64,000 bases of DNA, from positions 20,212,001 through 20,276,000 of the forward strand of contig OZ193909.1 in the NCBI GenBank assembly GCA_964276515.1, in the 5' to 3' direction. Under the pieces are notes generated by a model. That model saw only the letters and a list, made by a program, of their open reading frames with translations, had not been told where the DNA came from and searched no databases. This DNA is from Gordius albopunctatus (Eukaryota). Of the stretch, positions 13,333 to 26,800 are shown one piece after another. Positions within the stretch are counted from its first letter, which is position 1; every line of letters starts with the position of its first letter. The translations under genes were made by a program, and so were the position numbers.

Positions 13333-13771
13333 CAAAGGAATTTTATTAAGAAATTTTAAATGAGTAATCTTGCCTAAGAAATTATTTCATAATGTAAACC
13401 TTGTAAAGTAATTAGTACATAAACCTAATATAATTCTTGGTAAAAGCACACTTTTTCCTTTTTGAGCAAAGGTTTCTAAAGTTTTAAGAGTTTTATCCCT
13501 AATTGTAATTAGCTTGCTTCATTATCAAAAATCTTTTAAATCCATTTGCTAAAAAGGAATTTTATTAAGAAATCTTAAATGAGTAACCTTGCCTAAGAAA
13601 TTATTTCATAATGTAAACCTTGTAAAGTAATTAGTACATAAGCCTAATATAATTCTTGGTAAAAGCACACTTTTTCCTTTTTGAGCAAAGGTTTCTAAAG
13701 TTTTAAGAGTTTTATCCCTAATTGTAATTAGCTTGCTTCATTATGAAAAATCTTTTAAATCCATTTGCTAA
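13333..13771. repeat. ~220-bp tandem duplication
   Basis: aaaggaattttattaagaaat...tccatttgctaaa is present twice, nearly identical. Confidence 0.85.
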
Positions 13772-15439
13772 ACTATAATGAATAAATAGTTGATACAAAA
13801 TAGAAATATGTTGACCATATTTCAGTTCCTTATATTGGTGTAGTAGTAATTAGCATGAAAATATATAGGCTTCCTTCTTTGCGTCAACATATACACATAG
13901 ATTTGAATTGACAAATTTGAAATGGTGAGAAATGGTGAAGGTTTGGTGGCAATTGGTGAACTTTATCTTTTGCAACTTTACCTTTTGAATTGAAACGATT
14001 CCATTTGTGCAAAATCTGGAATCTGGTGCAAAATCTAAGATAGGCATTATCTAATAAGCATTCCAAGGTAGACAATAAAACTAAAATTTATAAAATGGTG
14101 AAATTATAATATTTAATTAAACTACTTAATAAAAGGATACTATAATTGTTAATTAAAACAAAATAAGTTATATCAAAATGTATAATAATATTTCATAAAT
14201 AAATACATATTAACAAATCAATCACTAACTCTAATATCTAACATGTGGGTGTAGAATTGGATTAAAATGTATGTAGTTACTATTTTGTATACGATTATAT
14301 AATAAACTAAGTTATGGCTTTCATATAATTAAACTGCATAAGTAATAGTTATATGATAAAAGCATGTCTTTTAACTAAGCATGCGTGTTTATATATATTT
14401 TTAATAGCATATTTAAAATATATAATAAAGGAGGTTATACAGCTAGAAATATATTGAAATGCATAAGCTATGATGTTATAATCGATTGCCTAATAAAATA
14501 CTCGTGTATATATAATATAGCTAATTAGAAATTTATATAAAGAGGGTTAGATATTTAATTGATATAGATGTATATAACTACAATCAGAAATATATTGAAA
14601 TACATAATAAGCTATTATGTTATAATCGATTGCCTAATAAAATACTCGTGTGTATATAATAAAGCTAATTAGAAATTTATATAAAGAGAGGTTAGATATT
14701 TGATTACTATAGATGTATATAACTACAATCAGAAATATATTGAAATGCATATTAGAAATAAAGAGAGGTCGAGATATTTTTGGCGAGATCTCAACTTTTA
14801 TTGATCGTTAGATTTTAATGAATTATTGAGTATTTTTTTATTTGCATGATTTACTTTTGAGGTATTAAGTGTTAATTAATATGTATGAAATATATTTGGT
14901 ATTATAAAATACATAAATGTAGTAAATGTTATATATTTTTGCAACAAATTTTAAAATTTGGCAATTATTTACCTAAGTATGGTTGCCTCTTAGGGTATGT
15001 AAATAATTTTATATATTTATTGCATATTATCCATAGCATTGTTAAATATTACAATATTTTAGGTTTAGAATGAGTTCTGATGAAATAGTAAATATTACCA
15101 AAGCATATTTGAATTTCGCAGTTACTCATCCTGTGATGCGGTAATTTTAAGATGGTGGTCAATCAGTTTGAATAATTATACAAGTTAAGCTAGAGAGCTC
15201 GAGATTTTTGAGCAATGATTTTGAAAGTACAATAGAGTATTTAATGCCACCGTAATAGATTAAATCATCAGTAAATTTATTAAGGTAACTAACTTTTTTT
15301 TACTGTTTTTAATAGATAAATAATCTGCAATTATTTCACCTAATGTTAAATTGAATATTCAAATTCCATGAAATATCGTATTTAATAAAAGGTTACAAAA
15401 AGGCTGAAGCAATCACGAACACATAAGTATTATTAAATT

Positions 15440-18020
15440 TTATTCTGGGTCACTAGTGTCTGTATAGTCACTAGTGTCCCTATTATAACCGTCGACATTA
15501 TCAGTGTCATTATTGAAAAACGCACGCGATATATCCATATTAAAAAAATTCCAATACCGCGAATCATAATTAAAAGATAATAATTTCGAGATATTGTCAA
15601 CGTAATCAAAAACATCATAATAACGCGAAGTATCAGAATATAAAGCGAGTAATGTTTGTATATGTGCATTTTTTCCGCGAACGCATTTATTAATCGAATA
15701 TAGTGTATTACCCTGATCAATTTGTAGAAGATTGATCAGGGTTTTTTCATTATTTTCCATTAAAAATGAAATATAAGTATATATATCGGGGTGCGACTGC
15801 CCAATAAGGGACTTTAAACCGCTATGATACCCCTCAAGGTGGTTGTTGGTCCTAGGACCAACAGCCTCATACCTCTGCCACATTTCATAGGAGAATGTGG
15901 CAGAGGGGTTCACCCAAGATTTATAAACGTAATTAAAAAACGATCGTAATTTCGCATGTTGGGAGACAAAAGGATCATCCCGACATGCTTCATAAACGTA
16001 AAAGACATCTTCATATCTTAAAAATGGAAAGGCTGCGACTCTTCTTACCAATTTCCTTATCAAAAGATTATTATTATATTCTTTTTTAAACTCCAGCTTG
16101 TCAACCCGTCTTAACAAGGCTCTGGAGAAATGGAATAGACAACCTTGAATATACGATTTAAACATGCCATATTTAATATTACCTTTTATAACGGCGTTTG
16201 GAAAGCAGATCCGAAGAGCACTCTTTGCAGAGCGTTCAAAATCAATCTGGATAAATGATGGATTCAATTGCAAATTGAATTCCAAACATTTATCCTTCAA
16301 CTTTTCAAACACTCTGCAAAACGTCTCTCGCTTCCGATCCGGCATAAACACATACACGGCAGGAATAATATGATCCTTGTAAAAGCCATGAATTGTATAA
16401 AGCTATATTATATACATTAATTAGGCATTCGATATATATACTTGATAAAAGAGTGTAGGACAGACTTTAAAGGTACCATCCATGTAAATGGAAGGTACCT
16501 GGCACAAAACCTTGAGGAGCGAAGGTGTCCCAAGCATGATTAGGTCGTTATTGTCATTCCATAATAGGAACGGCTCGTTATTAGGGGCCACGGTTTGGGC
16601 CTCCGTCAAACGGATCCGGCTTCTATCAGAGGGAATGGGTTGCCTGTTAGGCCGAGCCCTCTTCATCGTGTATCGTACCGCCTTCAATGGGGGAGTAGCC
16701 AATGGAAAGTCAGACAAGTCACAAACCTCACGAAGTCGAGAACTTAGAGTCTGATGATAAATCCTACTAATTTTCACAGTAGGGTTATCAACAACAGCTT
16801 CTTTAAGTCTCGACTTGGTCACCAGGGCCTCATACTCTTCCCTAGGAGGTTCGTGATTGTGCTGCCGTTTGGCAACGACTTGCCCATTAAATTCAGTGGC
16901 GATAGCAGGACAGGTGGAGCTGCGGCATTCATAATAGGTCTTGCCTTTGGCTATACTCCTCTTCATATATAGATATGAAAAATAATACAAAATCAGGCCT
17001 CCCTTTTGAGAACGGATATACTCTGGCGATGACACTATCAAATGAAATATTATATAGGCTTTAAAAATTATTAACTTCACCATCTTCACGCATTTGGTTT
17101 GTGGCATCGAACAGGAGGAAGGCATCCTGTAGAGAAGAGTCCAGCTGGCCTGAAAAATTTTAAAATTAAGATTGTAAAAATTTGCAACAAAAAATTTCCA
17201 AACATACAAAAAATCATGTTATCTATTACTTTCTGCCCTAATAGTGAGGCCCTGGGAATATCTTGCAGCATTAGTGCTTGCATTGGGTAATATTATACGT
17301 GGGAGGCCTAAGCAGCATAATATAAAGATTGTAAAAATTTCCAAACATACAAAAAATCATGTTATCTATTACTTTCTGCCCTAATAGTGAGGCCCTGGGA
17401 ATATCTTGCAGCATTAGTGCTTGCATTGGGTAATATTATACGTGGGAGGCCTAAGCAGCATAATATAAAGATTGTAAAAATTTCCAAACATACAAAAAAT
17501 CATGTTATCTATTACTTTCTGCCCTAATAGTGAGGCCCTGGGAATATCTTGCAGCATTAGTGCTTGCATTGGGTAATATTATACGTGGGAGACCTAAGCA
17601 GCATAATATAAAGATTGTAAAAATTTCCAAACATACAAAAAATCATGTTATCTATTACTTTCTGCCTTAATAGTGAGGCCCTGGGAATATCTTGCAGCAT
17701 TAGTGCTTGCATTGGGTAATATTATACGTGGGAGGCCTAAGCAGCATAATATAAAGATTGTAAAAATTTCCAAACATACAAAAAATCATGTTATCTATTA
17801 CTTTCTGCCCTAATAGTGAGGCCCTGGGAATATCTTGCAGCATTAGTGCTTGCATTGGGTAATATTATACGTGGGAGGCCTAAGCAACATAATATAAAGA
17901 TTGTAAAAATTTCCAAACATACAAAAAATCATGTTATGTATTACTTTCTGCCCTAATAGTGAGGCCCTGGGAATATCTTGCAGCATTAGTGCTTGCATTG
18001 GGTACGCTATATCCTTGCAT
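15440..18020 (-). CDS. FLYWCH + MULE transposase, spliced, reading frame apparently intact
   Basis: ATG at 18020; exon 18020-17945; five 78-nt exons; then exons giving SQKGGLILYY..YYECR..C..HNH (FLYWCH), MDGTFKVCP, FYQ|LYTIHG, IDFE, KG|CLFHF and RTNNHLEGYH. Stop at 15440. Confidence 0.8.
17185..18004 (-). repeat. 143-bp tandem repeat, ~6 units (65-nt intron + 78-nt exon)
   Basis: Period 143 (e.g. 17327, 17470, 17613); units nearly identical. Confidence 0.95.
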
Positions 18021-18281
18021 TATAAAAATTCGTAAATGTAAAAATTTCAGACGGAATTCGTAAATTTAAAAATTTCAGACGGAGGAATGGAAAAGATTTC
18101 AGCTGGGATTTGTATAAAATGCGGGAGAATACGTTAAAATTTATTTCGGGGATTTTGCACATATTAGATTTTGCACAGAAGTGAAAATCTGTGGAAAAAA
18201 AATCAAACACAAACAAGATACCTAATCATTATATTTAAATTAAAAAATTTATATTGAATATAATATAATGAATATATAATT

Positions 18282-18480
18282 TGTAGAGAGGTAAAGTGCC
18301 TCCAGGGATACGATAGTTACCTGCGTGTTGATGTTATTTACACGCGCGTTGGCGATCAAATTATCGTTAATTGGTTATAACATATAAAGGCGTTGGATAT
18401 AAACGCCAGGACACTTTTTTCGTCGTGTTTTTTGTATCACACTCTTAATAATTTACGTGAATAAATATCTGCCCTTAACA
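18282..18480 (+). mobile_element. Solo LTR of the Gypsy family at 52268-55135
   Basis: TG...CA termini, matches 54941-55135, flanked by 5-bp TSD TAATT. Confidence 0.9.
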
Positions 18481-18905
18481 TAATTAATAAAGTTAGGGAC
18501 TCATATAGTAACTAGTAATATACAATCGACTATAATTAAGCTATTAAAAATAAGTTTTTGTTGTATTCTATATGTTGCTATAACTGTGTCTAGTACTTAT
18601 ATATTTAAATATAATTCGTAATATACATATAATTAATCTATTAAAATAATAGCTTTTGATAAATTATATGAATTGCTATCTATTAAAGTAATGGAACCTT
18701 TATTCAAATTTTCATCAGTTCAACTGAATTCATTTATTCTTGATAGCATATTGGGTGTAATTTTAATTTATTTAATGAATTTCTTATGATTCTTTTGTAA
18801 GTGTCTTCTATGCAAAAAGAATGATATACGTTTAACAGGTGCAATAATTTTAGTTTTATAATAGGTCTTGATGAAATTCCTTTTACAACAACCAATCCCT
18901 CAATC

Positions 18906-19726
18906 CAGGCGCGTAGCCAGGATTTTCTCAAGGGGGAAGAAAAATTCAAAAAAATTGGGACACTTTTATTTTTAATGTAACGAAAATAAACTTCGCTTAC
19001 AATATACGAAACTTCAAGGCGCTATATAACCAGCTATGGAAAAATCTTTTCTTCAAATGAGAGCATTTACTATCGCTTTTATAACTTAAAAAGGACATCG
19101 ACCTTATGCATTTATTTAATAGGCATAAAATATTATCATTTAGGTAAAATTAAATAAAGGCGGAAACCAAAGCAAAATTATATGAGTTTGATCTGAAAAA
19201 ATCCTCAAGTTGCTAATAAGCAATACATTCACTCAATCTGTTTATTTGACATTTAGTGTATTACAGCTAAATGGACGGTGTTTAGAAAAAAACAAGTTTT
19301 AGCTAATTTCCAAATACTCTTTATACAAAATTCAATTTTACCTGAAACAGAAAGGAACTCCCTAGCCCATTTTATTCAAAATAACAATACTATATAAACA
19401 TAAAATAAAAGCCTAATTCACTTGCTAGAAATACCAGAGTTTGGTATTTTAAAGGGGAAAAAATCTTGTATACAAACTCTCTTCAAGTTTACAATCAATG
19501 GTGGAAAATTCTAATGGTGGGGTGCAAGTCAAAAATTAAATTCTAAAAATTGAATGCATATATTATGTTTCCAGACTTTTATAAGTGTCTCAAAATCTTT
19601 TATGCAATTAAACTATAATATTTTAACCCATTTAATCTAATTTTATTAAACAAAAAATTTTTCAAATTTTGGTCAAGGGGCCAGAAACCTCCCACCCCAC
19701 TTTCTGCCCCCTTGGATACGCGCCTG
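18906..19726. mobile_element. hAT-type MITE
   Basis: TIR CAGGCGCGTA/TACGCGCCTG; perfect 8-bp TSD CCTCAATC. Confidence 0.9.
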
Positions 19727-21310
19727 CCTCAATCAATTCTTCAAATGTAGTGTTTTTAGTCTGTATATAGTTAGAGCATATTTCCATTCAAGTACAATAT
19801 TTATAGTTTTTAGGTCCTAGAGCAACTCCTGTTCTACACCTAATGATAAAACAACCATCAAAGCATAAAACATTATAATAGCTCACAGAATCATTTCAAT
19901 ATAATAAGTTGTTGATTTATATCATATTTAAAGAAATTCCTGTTCACGCAGAATTAACTTAATCTATCATTTTTTTTAATTCTTCTACACTGACTTTGGA
20001 TAAATTTTTACAAAATATTTTTGTTAGATAACATGGGTGTATAAATTGTTGATATATGTAGTCTATGGATTTAAATTAATATCATGACAGATTCAGCAAG
20101 GTCAAATAAATATTTAAAATGGTAGCCATAAGCCTATTCATTTGCTTAGGTATACCAATTTAAACTTTTTATCAAATCTCAAACTTTTTTCTAAATGCAA
20201 GTTTGGAAAATAATTTTTTAATAAATTGCAAACCTTAATGTGATGTATGTTATATAAATAGGCATACTTATGCTAGTTTTTATATATACTCTAAATACTA
20301 GCTAAAATACTTAATAGATAATACAATGGGCCAATAACAAAAAAAATTCAATACAAAAACCCTTAGAAATTAAAAAATAATTATGTTTTGCCCCCCCTCC
20401 CAATCCAACTATGCTCAAGGATAATACAAAATAAGGACTGAGATAAAGAAAATACTCAATTTTTTTATGGTGAAGTGTGACTGTTTGTAAAAATTATAAA
20501 AACATCAACAAGGCTGTAAGATTAAATATTAACTAATATATTTAGAAAGACTATTTTATATTTTACCATATTCTTATAAGTAATTGTTGTATATATTAGG
20601 AAATATTTTTGTTGATTTCATATTGACAGTTGCTGGTATGTTTTCTTTATCTAAAACATATTAATGATATTTAAACATAGGTTACCATTTATAATAGTGT
20701 TCATCACATCCCACACATTTTCTTCAGCAACCTTTAGCATTTTATCAAATCTAGATTTAAAACTATTTGCCTACACAAAACTTGCTTTGTTGAGTCCTTC
20801 TATATTTATGAATTAGTTTTTGTAGCATTAGTACATTGTTAAGATTTAAAAGAAAGTACTAAAATATTGAGTCATAAAAGACAAATAAACCTCTATATTT
20901 GCTAACTGAAACATGGGTTTCATCTAAAAACAGAAATATTTGGCACATTAAGATGTTGTTCTTCTGTGTCAGTGGTTGACTTAAGGATGCCTTTAAGTTT
21001 GCACGTTTATATGTTAAGTCATTACCTTTAAATTGGGATATACTATTCACCTTTGTGTATTGAAATTTTCCATATACTAAAACAGGCTTGTTATTTTGGG
21101 GTAAAACAAATTAAACAGACATTTTACAATTGAAAAAATTAAAATAAACGTTATGCGCAGCAGCTATCTGATTAGTTTAGTGAGATTAGGTGGTTGGTGT
21201 TCGGCTCACTGGTAGATTGGTGAGATTAGAAGGTTTTTGTTCAGTTGGAGGTTCTCAGTTGACCTGAAAGGGCCGTGGCTACACCTACCATGTATTTTAG
21301 TAAGCGCATC

Positions 21311-22720
21311 GGGACTTGGTTCAGGCAGCACAGAAATAGGAGCTAAAACTCGTCACGATCATCACATTTCGTTACTCTCGTCACGAAAACCATATGAAAA
21401 TTGATATGGTGAAATCATATATCTTAGATACTAGCTATATGTAGGTAATTATTTAATAATTTTCAATCATCTTATAGATTTCTAAATAAATGGTGAAAGT
21501 TTATGTCTTAGATCCTAGCTATATGTAGGTAATTATTTTATAATTTGTAATCATCTTATAGATTTCATATATAATATTTGTAGACTGAAAGATTTCATAA
21601 AATTAGAACCAAAATTTTATTAAAGCTTTCTAAATAAATCATGAATTAAAATTCAATGAACGATATGTAGGATATTAAAATGCGAGTTGAGAATAAAAAT
21701 GTAGCAGATTGTCAACTCCATGTGTTATCGTCATTGGCATGTATTTCCGCAATCCATCGCTCCATCATTATATTGCGTCATTTCTAATTAAATCAATAAA
21801 ACCTTCGCTCTACTAATTATATCTCATCATTATTATTCTGTATTCCGATATTGTAATCATTCGCTCTATCAATTATAATCAATCATTATTCTTCCAATCC
21901 CTTTTACCAATTGCTAACAATCATCATCGTTCTGTATTAATCCTTATCCACGTGAAATAAATATAAGTTCTACTAAATTGTAATAGATATGTATTATATA
22001 TATTCAGTGAACAATATGTATTATATATAATTAAAGAGTAATATGTAAATATACATTTCTTTCTCCGTACTTCATGTAAGAAGATATGTGTTTCAAATAT
22101 GTTTATGCATGTATTTCATGATTTCTGTAATGATCTTGCAAATTTTTGATGCAAGTTTCCTTTTGTATTTCTATATTCGATTTAAGATTGATCATTTTCC
22201 CTTGATTTATCTTTTTGATGTTTTAGTCACTTTCTTGTTGTATTGTTTTAATGTGATCTATGAACTCAAAGATGTTAGGGTGGGATTGTTTTATCATATG
22301 TTTTAATTTGTTGTGGAATCCTTCTATGTGATTATTAGTTCTTGGCAGACAATTTTCTTCATATCTTCCCCACATTTTGTATTTAAATTGGGCATCTTCT
22401 CCTACCCATACCTTTTCCATATACTGTAATAATTTATATAAGGGTGAGTCCATGGATTGTTTGGTTTCTTAAACAAAACAAGAAAATTCTCTATGAACAT
22501 CTTCTTCATTTAAAAATGGCTGGGACATTAAGCTTCTTAAAGTAACGTATATACCTTTGCGGATTTTGTAATCAATAGCCAAGGCCAGAGACTTAGCCCC
22601 CTTGTATATCGCTTGGGTGAAATGAAAGTTGCACCCTAATATAATTATAAAAACACTTTAAACATAAAATTACCCTTTATCATAATTTGTGTAAATACAC
22701 TTTTGAGGGCTGCTATTGTT
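21311..22720 (-). mobile_element. MULE 3' fragment (family of 31965-33468)
   Basis: Shared terminus gggacttggttcaggcagcacag; GCNFHFTQ and PRTNNHIEGFHNKLK coding; cut at ~22720 by a hAT-like end with CGAGA repeats. Confidence 0.8.
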
Positions 22721-23866
22721 AGTGATGCGGAAAAACCGAGAAAAATCTCGGTCTCGTATCGAGACGAGAATTTGAGAAATGAAATCGAGATCGAGACGAA
22801 AATTTCGCTGTCGAGACGATACGAGATTTTTTCGACGAGATCTCGACTTTTTATTGATAGTTGGATTTTAGGAAACGATGGTGTATTTTTATTTGCATGA
22901 TTCACATTTAAGGTATTAAGTGTAATCAATATATATGGAATATATTTGATATTAAAAAATTCCTAAGTGTTAAATATTATATATTTTTGCACAAAACTTT
23001 AAATTTGACAATCATTTACCTAAGTATGGTTGACCCTTAGGGTATGTGAATAATTTTATAATATCATTATCACATATTTGTATCAAAAACATTAAATATT
23101 AAAAAATTTTAGGCTTAGAATGAGTTATGATGGAATAGAATATTATTAAAGCATGCGCACTTTAATTAAAAGTTTAAAACCATATGTTCTTAATTTTAGA
23201 ATAATGCTGCTTTTATTGTTGTTTTTACAACGTTTTAATATCTGCAACTAGTTAACAATTCTGTAAATAACAATATTATCATTAAAAGTCACTCGAACTT
23301 TGTGGTTTAAAACGCAATAGTAAACATGCAATAAACACTATGGGCTATAATTGATGATGGTAATTGTCATGTATGGCGTATACATGAACGACTCACAAAC
23401 TAGTGCTTATTAGGTATGGACACGTGATAAGAGGAAAAGCGGGCTAAGGACGAAGGAAGGTTACCGAAGTTTGGGTTGGTAGCAAAATAGCACAAGGATA
23501 CAGCAAAACAAAGCTATAAATTACGACTTGGCCAGAAAGAAGTAGCAAAGAAAAGCAAGGATACAACAAATCTGGTAATAAATATCGAATTGGCATGAGA
23601 AACGTAAGGGAAAACTAGAACTGTCAGCCGAGGATTCCAAGGGCCGTGGAAAAGCCTTGGAAGATCGGCGCGGTAAAATGTGTCAAGAAGAAAAGAAGTT
23701 TCAAGAATCAAGATACGAGCCAGAAAAATAAAACCTATATAAGCCCCAGCAAAATCGATACTGCAGATTTTTTTGCTCTACTCTTGATGATAAAAGTTGT
23801 GTATATGACCCTGGTGAAGTATTTGCACTTCCAAACATCAGTTTAAAGAATGCTGAATTTTTAATA

Positions 23867-26800
23867 GGGACATTCCATGTCAAATCGACCATAAAAAGGC
23901 GTTTTTCGGCCGACCCCCTCAGAATTTTATAAAATTTGGTGGAAATGTTAAAACTAGTAAAATTATTAATTTCTGAAAATATTAGCTCATTTGGGCCACT
24001 ACTTTTTGAGTTGTGGGCGCTCAAAGGTCGAAAATCGGGCTTTAAAAAATCGGTTCGTGAGGCTTTAATTAATAAAATTTATAGGTTACTGGTCCCCAAA
24101 TGATATAATCTTGTTGTAGAGATAGGTAAGACCTATCTATAGAAAAAAATTCAAAAAAATTTTTTTTAATTGATTGGTCATCTCATAATGGCCGAAATGG
24201 CCAAAATAGCAAAATCAATGATGAACCCTCTCAAACCGTTTCAAATTTAAGACAAATATTTTATACTATCTATTAATTAAATTAAATAAAAAGTTGGCCG
24301 GCCATTTTGAAAGGGTCCTAAATTGTTAAAATAGTTATTTTATTATTTGGCGCCAAAATGAATCTCTAAAAATGTTTTTTTGCTCATTAAGTATTCATAT
24401 TATTTTAATATATCTATGATGCAAATAATTTTGCTATAAATTATCATCCCAACCCCCACTCTTCATATTCCCCCTATCAATAATCTTCCCCTAAAGCTAT
24501 AAATTTAATTTTTTTAAATAGAAACAGCTGTAAAATGGCCTAAAATAATTTACTTCAATATAGTTGTAGGTACAAGTATATATTTATTGATTTTTATTAA
24601 TCGGCTAATTTTACTATCAACTAATTTTTCCATCCAAATTCGAAATTTTGAATATAATTTATATCTCAACCTTATTCCCCAATCGTGGAAGCAATAAAAT
24701 GCCGAACTAGGTGCTGTAATCCGTTGGGTATCCATGGTAAAAAGTGAAAGGGATTCGTAAAGTAAGTGCATGGATGAACTTGAACCCAGATTATAAAATA
24801 TGTACTCCTTGTCGCACACTTCTGAAAGCTCGGGCTAACCATCAACCTGAAGAATCCATCTAATATGGAATCTCACTCTCCCGAGGAAAACATTCCTATT
24901 GAACATGATAGTACAAGGATAGAAGCCCTTAATGAATCAATACCACTAATTGGAGTTTCACCGATCAAAATAAAAAGATTACAAGAAAAAGGGTACCCGC
25001 AAAAAAAATTAGCTAAAATATACAATGCTATCGCATCCACATTAAATGTCGATTTAGACAGTCAAATCGCTGATCAAGACTTGGAGATTCTCAAGGGTAT
25101 GAAGGAAAACTTTTCTCTTTTAAATAAAAGTGATAAATACAGGCTTTTAACCTTGTTGCCAGATAGTTGGACAGCAAAAAAATTAAAGATTATTTTTCCG
25201 TAACTTCTTATGTGGCTAAGCTTGCCAAAAAACTAAAAAAGGATAAAGGAATCGTGTCCACTCCTAACCTAAAGTTTGGGAAAACCTTGAGTGAGGGAAC
25301 CGTTAATTTTGTAAAAGATTTCTATTGTAAGGAGAGAAATATCGCGTGTAATGGGTGGCAAAAAGGATTTTGTATCTATGAATGTTGACGGTATAAAAAT
25401 TCACATGCAAAAACGTTTAGTTTTGTTCAATATTAAAGAAATATATATTAATTTTAAAGAGTTAAATTCCAATATAGAGATAGGAATTTCTAAATTTGAC
25501 GACTTAAGGCCCAAATATTGTATATTGGCAGGAGCTAGTGGCACACATAACGTATGCGTTTGCCAATATCACCAAATTGTTAAATTAATGATAATAGGTT
25601 CTAATCTTGAATCATTTACAAAGGGCGATAAATATCCTTTAACAACATGTAAAGATATTTTAGCCAAAATGATATGCAACCCTCCCTCACCAATATGCTA
25701 CTTAGGAGAGTGTAATTATTGTCCAGGGACAGGAAAAATAAAAGATCGCATATTAAAAATCTTTGAATTAAATGACGTTTCTATTTAAAAAAATTAAATT
25801 TATAGCTTTCGGGGAAGATTATTGATAGGGGGAATATGAGGGGGGGGGGTTGGGATGATAATTTATAGCAAAAATATTTGCATCATAGAAATATTAAAAT
25901 AATATGAATACTTAATGAGCAAAAAACATTTTTAGAGATTCGTTTTGGCGCCAAATAATAAAATAACTATTTTAACAATTTATGACCCTTTCAAGATGGC
26001 CGGCCAACCTTTTCTTTTATTTAATTTAATTAATATATAGTATAAAATATTTGTCTTAAATTTGAAACGGTTTGAGAGGGTTCATCATTGATTTTGCTAT
26101 TTTGGCCATTTCGGCCATTATGAGATGACCAATCAATTAAAAAAAATTTTCTGATTTTTTTCTATAGAGATAGGTCTTAGCTATCTCTACAACAAGATTC
26201 TATTATTTGGGGACAAATAACCTATAAATTTTATTAATTACTAGCTGTGCCCGACCAAGCGTTGATTTGGCTTAGTACTTATTTGGCTAAATAATTGGTA
26301 CCTATCAATAGAAATTATATGAAAGAATTTGGGTCAGCTGAAAGGGAGTTTGTGATGTGAAAAAATATATATTTTTATTATGCAAATTAATATTAGCTTA
26401 ATAAAAAAGCCATATTTATTATTAATCAAATAGATTTATAACAGTTTTAAATTGTTTAGCGATAACATGCATAGTTGAGTGACATATGCAAAAGTCAATG
26501 ATAATGTTTGACAATTCAGAGATAAATTTTAGTAATGCGTGTATAGTTAGTTTTGTATCGTCATAGCCTAAAATCTACAGTAATAAAATGAAGAGATAGT
26601 AGAAAAACACCTTAAAATTTGGTTTAATGAAGTCGTTTACAATCTATCAAACCCCTGTTCAAAAGTGTTGGAATGGCCCCCTGTCCGAGTGCCTCTTAAA
26701 GTCTCTTATTAATGGCGCTTCGGCAGAGGAACTTCCAGCGCTTAGGAGCTTAGCTCCACGCTCAGGTCACGAATGACCCGAAGCTTTCCCAAGTCGTAAC

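Larger units (their letters stand above)
12528..18183 (-). mobile_element. Inner Mutator-like (MULE) element
   Basis: 33-bp TIRs cacttctgtgcaaaat(g/c)taatatgtgcaaaatc at 12528-12560 and 18151-18183; encloses a transposase gene; no clear TSD. Confidence 0.8.
12489..21270 (-). mobile_element. Outer MULE-like element containing nested insertions
   Basis: Direct repeat GGCCGTGGCT at 12479-12488 and 21271-21280. Imperfect TIRs gtcaactgggaaacgtccaactga / tcagttggaggttctcagttgac. Degraded FLYWCH-like coding (KPVLVYGKFQYTK) near 21000-21090. Confidence 0.65.

Noticed and set aside
23300..23770. Possible LINE 3' remnant and ORF 23514-23711
   Set aside because: Compositionally distinct but no diagnostic motif found.
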